A DNA stretch of 64,000 bases from Felis catus. Its lineage: Eukaryota. This document shows, piece after piece, positions 26,704-37,400 of the stretch; position 1 is the stretch's first letter; each line of letters starts with the position of its first letter. The notes beneath the pieces were generated by a model, which saw only the letters and a list, made by a program, of their open reading frames with translations, had not been told where the DNA came from and did not search any database. Where the stretch lies: positions 71,300,001 to 71,364,000 of the forward strand of contig NC_058373.1 in the NCBI RefSeq assembly GCF_018350175.1. The letters run 5' to 3'. The position numbers and the translations under genes are program-made.

Positions 26704-27902
26704 GGGAGAAGAGAGTCTGGACTGCGCAGACCTCCGGAACGTAGGGCCAGAAGAGGGAAGGGAGTGTTTGGAGTCAGTTCTAGGCTTTGACTGTTGGTTT
26801 TTCTGTGCACGATAAAGTTGCCGACCCTGGAGCGAACAAAATACCTACATGAAATGCGTACGTAACGCAGTTGAGTCCACCGAGGGCGAGCGGGAAGGGG
26901 AAGGGATCAGGGCTACGTACCGTAGGTAAACCACCCCCGGCTCGGAATTTCCTCCCTGTCCCCAGGTGGGGTCGGTGGTGAGCTAGAAAGGCCCAACCCT
27001 GTGTGTTCAGGAATTCTGGAGGAGTCTAACCCTCACCTAGATCTCTGGGATGAGGACGGATCAGTGGAAAGTGGGGTGACCGAGGCTGCGGGGACCAAAA
27101 TCCTGGACTGGATGGGCCGGGGCGGTGGTGGGGGGGGGGGGGGGGCGAGTAAGCACTCTCACTTAGGTAGGACACCAACAGCCACTCCCTCTGCCCAGGA
27201 TAACACCTCTTTCCTATCCTGAGACACACCCCGCCCCAAATCCGGGCATTTTTCGCTGCATTTCTAGGTAACCTCATGGGGGAAGAAAGGGAATGGGACA
27301 GCGATGCCACTTCCCTCCCCTCTCCTGGTAAGGTGGGACAGGCCCAGGGGGCTGCTGGGGGTGGATTCTCTGGCCTATAAAAAGATTGGTCCAGCCTGGA
27401 TGTATTGGCCCGACAAGCTGACTTAACCGGGGAGCAAACGATTATTCCTTAGGACTCTGTGAAAGGGTGGTATTCACGTGAGGGAGGGGTGAGACTTGAC
27501 CGGCTCCTCTTTCCTCTCCCCTCAGGTGGCACGCACTTCCTTATTTCACGCAGCCTGAGTCCAAAGCTTGGCGTTTCCATCAGGATCATCTTCACTTTCG
27601 CCAATGCCTTAGTCATGGCTGTGCACACGGTGGGCTTCACAGAAGTCCTTTCAAACCTGCTCAGGACAATGCCCATCCCCTCCCTTGATATGCCCTTTTC
27701 CCAAGTTGGCTCACCACCAGCCTGCACTTTTTGTGACTCCAGCCTGGGCAAGTCATTTTACTGAGGGCTGATGCGGGGGTGGGAGGGAGGGGAGTGTGGG
27801 TGATGGGTATTGAAGAGGGCATCTTTTGGGATGAGCACTGGGTGTTGTATGGAAACCAATTTGACAATAAATTTCATATATTAAAAAAAAAATGAATCAG
27901 AT

Positions 27903-28108
27903 GGGGGAGCCTGGGTGGTTCAGTCGGCTGAGTGTCCCACTTCGGCTCAGGTCATGAGCTCACACTCCTGAGTTTCCGCCCGGTATTGGCTCCGTGCTGA
28001 TAGCTCAGAGCCTGGAGCCTGCTTCAGATTCCGTGTCTCCCTCTCTCTCTGCCCTCCCCTTGCTCAAGCTCTCTGTAAAATGAATAAATGTTAATACTTT
28101 TTTTTAAA
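27903..28108 (+). mobile_element. CAN-SINE in a pseudogene intron
   Basis: SINEC consensus; TSD aatcagatgg. Confidence 0.85.
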
Positions 28109-28385
28109 ATCAGATGGAAGCATCAAATCAGTCAATAAAGTCTCTCTGACCCACTACCTCTACGTTCTGCCCTTCCAGGAGCATGGGTGCAGCTGCCTAA
28201 GGTGGATCCAGAAAATGAGTTGTTTGGTGGGCATGGTGACCATGACCGTCCCTCTGTGCCTGGCAATGGCTAGTGTGGAATGGATGTCTAAGGCAGGGGG
28301 CAGGGAGTCAAGGTAGGGGTAAGAACTTTGGGGATGGGGGAGACAGCTGGACATATCTGGAAGAGGCCAGCGTGGGGAGATGTGG

Positions 28386-28387
<2 letters not shown>

Positions 28388-28424
<37 letters not shown>
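28388..28424. repeat. (GT)n microsatellite
   Basis: About 18 GT units. Confidence 0.95.
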
Positions 28425-28425
<1 letters not shown>

Positions 28426-30492
28426 ATGCACTTGTGTGCACACACGCTCCTGCTGGCAGAGCAGATTCTCAGGGACCCAACCTGAAACTGGACAAATTTG
28501 CTGGAATAGACTCCATATACCAACTCTTTAAGGGAAAAACAAGGACGTATTCTAGGGATCTGTTGGGACAAGCACTAGACAAGACTACCAGATGAGAAAT
28601 GCCATTTCCTGTTCCCAGATAGTTACAATCTTGAGAGCCATCCCTCTGGCAAGGGAAGGGACACTTTGTAGTTTGCGGCAAGAAGGAAAAGGACACCCAT
28701 TTACCCTTTTAGCTAGACTCCGTTATGGGAAGAGGCTCATGGGAAAGGGAACTGGAGGATGGGAAAGGAGAGTGAGGAGGAGGAGGAGTTATTCCTCCCC
28801 TTACATTTGTACTTCTCCTCCCCCTCTCCCCCATGGTATTCCCAGCCCAAATGATCTTAATGGTCTTCCTGATCCTCTCTTTTATCGACTATCTGCCACA
28901 AACCCCCCATTCCTCCCCACAAACCCCAGCCTACAAGCCACTTGTTTCTTTAGGTGAACTCAATGGGAAGCTGGCTGAGAAATGTATTAAGGGGAAGGCA
29001 TGCCTCTGAATGTCACCTCCCCTTGGAGCAGGGTACGTCATTAGCCCAAGCCTCCTCAGAAAAGACATACATTCTGTATGACATTTGCAAGTTGACCATC
29101 ACACTCAGAAACCTATAAGTCCCTGGGCTGGCCAGTTTACAATCTTGCCTTATTTGTCCCAGCCTAACCTAAGTCATTGACACTAAACTGGGTAAAGGGG
29201 TAATGATCTTGGCTGAATGAAGGCAAGCTAGGAGGTGCCCCTCAAAAACTTAATTTTTCTCTGTTCTTTTACATAAATAGTATTTTCTTTGAAAATATGG
29301 TCCCATGGCGGTGAGGTCCAGAGGGTAGTTGCTTTGGCATGTTTTCCATCTTCTCCTCAGCCACTGGGGTACTCACAGAGACCAGGATCTCTGGAGACCT
29401 CAAGGTGAGAACCATGTTCAGGCACGGAGCACACTTGTTATCTCCCCGCCTTGTCTTGCCACTAATGGTTCAACTTCTGTTTCCGGGACCCTGCTACAGC
29501 TATCCTTGCCTTCCTGTGGACATACTTTCCTACCTGTGCATTTCTGCCACAATTGGCAAGGCCCTCTACTCCAGCCTTCTGTGCAGAATGACCTAGAGCC
29601 CTGGTTTCTGCCTGAGGGCCTAGGGCATAATAGGTAATGAAATGGCAAGAGGCTTCACCAATCACATCAAGAGTAGATTACACATAGGCAATCTCACATC
29701 TCACCTTCCTTCACCATTTCTCCCCATCCCTCATTTCACTGACAAATTGTATGATGTTCTTTGGTTATCAAATTTGGTATTTCCACCCCCCCTCCCCCAA
29801 CTTACACACAAACTTCCATTCCCCTCTTTGGCACTGGTGGTACCTAGATAGTCCTACTGCTTTGGGATGGGGTTCTCTCCCCACGAAGAATGTGTGTTCC
29901 CAATCTCATTTCCAGGCTCCTGTATGACTGGAGAGGCTCCAGGAAATAGGACTGGCATGGGTGTGCAGAATGGGAGCTGCCTGGGGCCAGAGTGTCAATA
30001 TGGCTAGGATTTCTGCAGTTGTCAAGGGCAAGGGTCTTGCCTGTATGGGCTCCCTAATCACTACTAGGTGAGTGAACAGAGGGGCAAGATCAGTGAGATA
30101 AACTTTACCTAGCCCATTTTCTGGCATAGAGGAGATGCTCAAAAACCAATAATGACTTAAGGGGATTCATGTGGGTGGGGTAAAACCTTCAAAGAATAGG
30201 ATAAAACTTAATATGCCCAGCAACCTCTAGGAAAGGTAGGTGAAAATATGAGTGGAATGCATTGCTTCTGAAATGTATTGATTTCTGCCTCTGCCTGCTC
30301 TTCTTCTCAAGCCATGAGCATGGTGTCTGCCTTTATCCCCCTGAAGTCTATTGGAATCTTCGGTGCCATTCTGTCCTCTGCCCTTTCCTGTTTTGTTTCA
30401 ACCCCCAAAGTCTTCTAGGTTAGTTGGTATCTTACCAAGAGGCTTGGGGGAAAAGGAGAAAATGCAATAGAGTCTAGGGCCATCCTAAGAGT

Positions 30493-30720
30493 ATTTTTTT
30501 TTTTAATATTTTTTTTTCAACGTTTATTTATTTTGGGGACAGAGAGAGACAGAGCATGAACGGGGGAGGGGCAGAGAGAGAGTGAGACACAGAATCAGAA
30601 ACAGGCTCCAGGCTCTGGGCCATCAGCCCAGAGCCTGACGCGGGGCTGAAACTCACGGACCGCGAGATCGTGACCTGGCTGAAGTCGGACGCTTAACCGA
30701 CTGTGCCACCCAGGCGCCCC
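30493..30720 (-). mobile_element. Young felid CAN-SINE in a pseudogene intron
   Basis: Near-consensus sequence; TSD taagagtat. Confidence 0.92.
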
Positions 30721-33700
30721 CTTAAGAGTATATTTTTGAGGAGGAGTACAAGAGGGCTCCGTCTCAGCAACCAGGAGTTAGATGATGATTTAGGGAGGTG
30801 GAGAGGACTGTGGTTGGTTGGTGTTTAGGAGACAATCCAAGCTCACATAGCAAAATTCAAAGTCTCCTGTATATCAAGGCGAAGTTTAGGGAGGGTATCA
30901 ATCTTCCATCTGCCTCCTGTTTTCCCTCCCCACATTACCAGGAATCTCACCACACTCTACTCTCATCCTTTCTTCATGTTAAGACCTGTAAGCTCCCTCA
31001 ACTCTTTCCTCTGTGCTCCTCACTTGCTCCTGCCTCCCTATAGGAGTAGGGGCTATCATTCCCCCTCTTCCTGGAACCATCCCCCAATGACCACCATGCC
31101 TTCTTATAGTGGTTGTGCCAGAATAAACTGTACCCAGTAGTTGGCTTTTTTAGGAAAAGCTATGGCAGGAGCCATGAACCTATGTGAGGCTATCTGCTCA
31201 CGTTCTGTATTGCTATAGCTTTCATCCTTACTGGTGAGTACTTCTTCTCCACCCTCACACAGGGCTTCATTAATCACCTTTCCCCTCATGGCCCTCACTG
31301 CCCTACCTCTGACTTTTAGGGCTTGACCCTAAAGCCTCTTTTCTAGATCTCTAGTCCTGAAAGTGGAAGTCTGTTAACCTGGTGATGGTATGCATGGAAG
31401 TTGGAGGGGGGAATAGGGAATAGGGAGCATGGGGGAAGGAAGCCAGAATATGATGATGTCTTTGTCTCTCTAGACCTCAATCCCATGACTCATTTGGAGA
31501 CCAACCTCCTGACCTTGCATCTCTTCCAAAGCTGATGTGACCACCACCCTATCATCTCCAACTTTTTCCTTTGCTCCTATCCCCTTGTCAACTTTGGTAG
31601 TTTTCACGCCTCCCTTAACTGGGTGCCTGGTTAGTATGGGCACCTATTAGTATGCGGTTATACTAACAGGGTTGGGAGGACCTGAGAGAGAGGAGCATCC
31701 TTGGGGTGCAAGAGTGGGTGGTACTGAGGCTAGGACAAAGGATTGGCTGCATTTACTCAACCCTGCAGTCTAGTGCCCTTCTTTTCACAAGTACAGCCCC
31801 TGGCTCACCCTCCTGGGCTTTCTGCTCTGCCTATCACATTCCTTTCTCACCTGGTGGGCAGCAGTCACTGCTATGTTGCTTATCCTTTGGCTACTGCTCT
31901 TTATATTCTACAAGAAACCTGGTGATTAAGTGGGCAGGTGGGTAAGGAAGTGAGGGAGTGTGATATGGCACGAGGTTGACGCCCATAAGAAGCCCAGAAC
32001 TACCAACAGTAACTCATTTCCTTTCCTACCTGAGAAATGAGGCCCCACCTCTAATCATTCTGCACCACCCCTTCCGAAGCAGATGTGAACTGGAGCTTTT
32101 CAGTCCAGGTGAGCATCTATCACATGGCACTATCCTATTCAGTGAACTTGACCAACGTGCAGGACCATGTCAAGAACTTCTGGTGAGATTGAACACTGGT
32201 GTCCTCCAGAATGGATCTTACCTGCGTGAGTTCAGATGGTACAGCGTTTATAATTTTTAAAATTAATTGCCAATATTTAACATGCATCTGGGAATTTGGG
32301 GCCTCCATCCCACATGACACATTCTGCTGGAGCTGAGTAGCTGCTCTCCCATGGGATAGGGCACTGATTCTTCAGTTTGCCACAGTTCCCACCTGGTCCA
32401 CTTTATTCTTTGATACTATATAATGACTGGTTCTTAAAGGCTTCTGAGATTTCAATCCCTGCTCTAGCCATAAAAGGAAACCAGCTTCCCCAAATCTAGG
32501 AGGGGCCGTGAGGAAAAGGAAGGAAACAGAATTCTAGCAGGGTAGATGGACTAAGCCTCCCTGAGGAAGGATGCTCCATGGCAGAGCAGATGCCACAGGA
32601 ATCACAGTTACCAGCTTCCCTTGTGCTCTGAGATGGAAAAGTCTAATACTCTTGGTTTCTCTCTAAAATCCCCCAGCAGGTGGGGAAGAGCTGATCTCTA
32701 TTCCTTGCTGAAACTGGAATTCTTTTTTCTACAGCTAAAAGGCTTTTGAAGACTTAGTAGCCTTATACCAGCTACAACAGCTACCACCAAAGGGGGAACC
32801 TGAAATGTACTTTTCTCAACACTCCTGTTCCTTCAGGCTACACCTCTGAGCAGGACTTATAGGCAAATAAAAAGCAGGTATATAGGAACAGGGCCAGCAA
32901 ATGGGGAAATAGTCTCAGAGTAGGAACTGACCATGGTGCTCTCCTGTCCTCTGCTCATTCTTCCTAATCATGTAGTCAGAGTAGCACATATCTTCGTGAA
33001 GTCCTGTGGCAATATTCCCAGGATGCTGCCCTCATAGACATGTGAGTCTGGGGAAATTCCAAACCACAGAGCAAAGGCCCCAAGGGTAGGGCTGATCTGA
33101 TGATTAGGTAAACTGAGGAACAGGTTCCCTTCCTCACACTGCCTTTTGTTAACAGGAGCCTACCTTTGATCCCTCAGTCACCCTGCCTTGGGGCCCTATA
33201 CATGACTTGATTGGATGCTATCCAGTGGCCTGACAACCCCCCACTGCCTTCATCTGTGGAAATCAGCAGGACACAATGATCTTGTATACTGTCAATAAGA
33301 GACTCAGGAGAGACTGAGCTAGGAAGAGGACTTCAAAAGTTAGGACCCAAGCAGCCATGATTTTAGTCTCTTGGTTCTATAAACTGTGAGGCTATCTTGG
33401 GAAGCCTCAGCCAAGATCTCAAAGCTCCCTAAGGAAAGAAGTCTCCTAATAAGCAGTACCAGCTGGGTCTACAGTGCTAAATGTCTTCCCTCTAGGATCC
33501 ACTCCATCCTATAATAGTAATAAAAACTTATAAATAAATACCCAAGGCTACTGTATAACATACTTGATGCCTATTTATAAAATTAACTCCCCAAGCCTAG
33601 AGGGCACAGATCATTCCTGTACTCAAATATATTCAAGGAGAGCAATTTATCTTTCTACTTGTGTCCCACTCTATTTTCCACTCTCGAATTTCNNNNNNNN

Positions 33701-33821
33701 NNNNNNNNNNNNNNNNNNNNNNNNNNNNNNNNNNNNNNNNNNNNNNNNNNNNNNNNNNNNNNNNNNNNNNNNNNNNNNNNNNNNNNNNNNNNNNNNNNNN
33801 NNNNNNNNNNNNNNNNNNNNN

Positions 33822-33968
33822 GAGAGAGAGGGAGACACAGAATCGGAAGCAGGCTCCAGGCTCTGAGCCATCAGCCCAGAGCCTGACGCGGGGCTCGAAC
33901 TCACAGACCACGAGATCGTGACCTGGCTGAAGTCGGACGCTTAACCGACTGCGCCACCCAGGCGCCCC
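33822..33968 (-). mobile_element. CAN-SINE (tail lies in the N gap)
   Basis: Near-consensus 5' portion adjoining the gap at 33693-33821. Confidence 0.9.
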
Positions 33969-34404
33969 TAAATGTCCATGTTTTAGTGTATTTTCAACCC
34001 TCTATGGGTCTTTGTCCATGAAAATGTCTTTATCAGCACTTTCTACTTAGTAAGTAACTGAAAACGTATTCTTTTCCTAAGCGCACATAATCCCAATTCT
34101 TTTTATCTTTTGGCCCTAGTCTTACATTTATAGTCTTTGATTATCTCTTTGGTTTACCTCTGCATCAATTTATTCATTCATTCAGCAAATGCTGAGTGTC
34201 CACCCTATTCTAAGTACTGGGAGATGACATGGCAATGAATCAAACAAGATAAAAATCCCTTCCGCTCAGGGAATTTGTATTCTAACAGAAGGAGTCAAAC
34301 AACAAACATAAATAAAACTATTAGATTAGAAGGCGGTAAGTGCTAATAATAAAGCAGAAAAAAGGAGGGAAACAAAGGCAAAACATCATAATGCAAGACT
34401 TAGA

Positions 34405-37400
34405 GAACTCAGTGACTTATAAAAAGGAATAAAATTGGAATCATAGGAGTCCCAGAAGATGAAGAGAGAGAAAAAGGGGGAGAAGGTTTATGTGAGCAAA
34501 TTATAGCAGAAAACTTTCCTAATCTGGGGAAGGACACAGACATCAAAATCCAAGAAGCACAGAGAACTCTCAGTAGATTCAATGAAAACCAACCATCACC
34601 AAGGCATACTGTAGTCAAATTCACAAAATACACAGATGATGAAAGAATTATGAAAGCAACAAGGGTAAAAAGTCCTTAACCTATAAGGGAAGACAGATCA
34701 GGTTTGCAGCAGACCTATCCACAGCAACTTGGCAGGCCAGAAAGGGGTGGCAGGATATTTTCAATGTGCTGAATCAGAAAAATATGCAGCCAAGAATTCT
34801 TTATCCAGCAAGGCTGCCATTCAAAATAGAAGGAGAGATAAAGCATTTTCCAGACAAATGAAAATTAACCATCCCTGCAAGAAATTTTAAGGGGAACCCT
34901 TTGAGTGGAGAAGACAAAACAAAACAAAAAAGACCAAAACCAACAAAGACTAAGGATGAGTACTCACTCTAAATGTCAATAGACTAAACACTTCAATCAA
35001 AAGATATAGGATATCAGAATGGATAAGAAAACAAGACCCATCTATATGCTGCTTACAAGAGATTCATTTTAGACACAAAGACACCAGCAGATTGAAAGTA
35101 AGGGGATGGAGAACCATCTATCATGCTATTGGTGGTCAAAAGAAAGCTGAAGTAGCCATACTTAGACAAACTAGATTTTAAAATAAAGACTATGACAAGA
35201 GATGAATAAGGGCATTATATTGTAATTAAGGGGTCTATCCCCCAAGAAGATCTAACAATTATAAATATATATGCTCCCAATGTGGAAGAACCCAAATATA
35301 TAAATCAATTAACCACAAACATAAAGAAACTCATTGATAATAATACCGTAACAGTAGGGGACAGATGGACAGATCATCCAAGCAGATATGTACAAGGAAA
35401 CAATAGTTCTGAATGACACACTGGACCAGATGGACTTAACAGATATATTCAGAACATTTCATCCTAAAGCAGCAGAATACACATTCTTCTTGAGTGTAGA
35501 TGGAACATTCTTCAGAACAGATCAGATACTGGGTCACAAATCAGTCTTTGACAGGTACAAAAAGATCAAGATCATACCTTGCATATTTTCAGACCACAAC
35601 GCTATGACTCGAGAAACCAACCACAAGAAAAGTTTGGAAAGACCATGAATACTTGGAGATTAAAGAACATCCTACTAAAGAATGAATGGGTGAACCAAGA
35701 AATTAAAGAGGAAATTAAAAAGTACATGGAAACCAATGAAAATAAAAACACAATCAAAACTAAGAGGCAACTGACAGAATGGGAGAAGATATTTGCAAAC
35801 AACATACCAGATGAAGGGTTAGTATCCAAAATCTATAAAGAACTTATCAAACTCAACACCCAAAAAATAATCCAGTGAAGAAGTGGGCAAAAGACATGAA
35901 TATACACTTCTCCAAGGAAGACATCCAGATGGCCAACTGACACGTGAAAAAATGCTCAACATCACTCATCATCAGGGAAATACAAATCAAAACCACAATG
36001 AGATACCATTTCACACCTGTTAATGTTAATGGCTAACATTAACAACTCAGGCAACAACAGATGTTGGCAAGGATGTGGAGAAAGAGGAACCCTTTTGCAC
36101 TGAATGCAGACTGGTGCAGCCACTCTAGAAAACAGTATGGAGGTTCTTCAAAAAATTAAAAATACAACTACCCTACGACCCAGCAATTGCACTACTAAAT
36201 ATATATCTAAGGATACAGGTATGCTGTTTCAGAGGCGCACGTGCACCCCAGTGTTTATAGCAGCACTATCAACAATAGCCAAAGTATGGAAAGAGCCCAA
36301 ATATCCATCAATGGATGAATGGGTAAAGAAGACGTGGTATACATATACAATGGAGTATTACTCGGCAATCAAAAAGAATGAAATCTTGCAACTACGTGGA
36401 TGGAACCAGAGGGTGTTATGCTAAGCAAAATTATTCAGAGAAAGACAAATATCATGACTTCACTCATATGAGGACTTTAAAATATAAAACAGATGAACAT
36501 AAGGAAAGGGAAGCAAAAATAATATAGAAACTGGGAGGGGGACAAAACATAAGAGACTTTTAAATATGCAGAACAGAGAGTTACTGGAGAGGTTGTGGGA
36601 GGGGGGATAGGCGAAATGGGTAAGGGGCATTAAGGAATCTACTCCTGAAATCATTGTTGCAATATATGCTAACTAACTTGGATGTAAATTAAAAAATAAG
36701 TTAAAAAAACTTAGGGAAAAAAAAAAAGAAAAACACAACAACCAAAAACCTCTGGGATGCAGCAAAGCAGTCATAAGAGAGGAGTATGTAGCAATCCAGA
36801 CCTTCCTAAAGAAAGAAGAAAGGTCACAAATATACAACCTAACCTTACACCTAGAAGAGGTGGAAAAAGAACAGCAAATAAGGCCCAAAACTAGCAAATA
36901 AGGGAAATAATAAAGATTAGAACAGAAACCAATGCTATTGAAATCAAAAGAAAACAAAAAAATAAGCAAAAACAAACAAACAAACAGTAGAGCAGATCAA
37001 TGAAACCAGGAGCTGATTCTTTGAAAGAATTAACAAAATTGATAAACCCCTAGCCAGATTAATCAAAAAGAAAATGGAAAGGACCCAAATAAATAAAATG
37101 ATGAATGNNNNNNNNNNNNNNNNNNNNNNNNNNNNNNNNNNNNNNNNNNNNNNNNNNNNNNNNNNNNNNNNNNNNNNNNNNNNNNNNNNNNNNNNNNNNN
37201 NNNNNNNNNNNNNNNNNNNNNNNNNNNNNNNNNNNNNNNNAAAACAGGAAGAAACAGAATTTGGAACAAACCCATAACTAGTAAAGAAATTGAATCACCA
37301 ATCAAAAATCTCCTAACAAACAAGAGTCCAAGGCCAGATGGCTTTCCAGGGGAATTGTACCAAACACTTAAAGAAGGATTAACTCCTATTCTTTTGAAGC

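Larger units (their letters stand above)
27526..33298 (+). pseudogene. SLC12A10: Intron-containing Na+/Cl- cotransporter pseudogene, probable SLC12A10 (NCC2) remnant. Exons about 27526-27665, 28179-28292, 28845-28960, 29277-29404, 29487-29555, 29916-30067, 30311-30418, 31110-31233, 31532-31629, 31769-31921, 32083-32182, 32735-32877, 32976-33041, 33156-33298
   Basis: Manual translation gives 14 colinear blocks matching SLC12A3 exons 5-15 and 24-26, e.g. GGTHFLISRSL...[74 protein letters not shown]...YCQ*. Many stops, frameshifts and broken splice sites. The gene symbol is inferred from NCC-type residues and a location unlike that of SLC12A3. Confidence 0.88.

Noticed and set aside
33170-33265. 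Reading this block as the exon-16 equivalent (PQ...ICG)
   Set aside because: It fits the terminal exon better (SLP..LYM.WL..GNQ..YCQ*) and follows the exon-25 equivalent.
27526-33298. Functional SLC12A3, or a processed retrocopy of it
   Set aside because: Many stops and frameshifts rule out function; introns at conserved positions rule out retroposition; the gene neighbourhood is wrong for SLC12A3.
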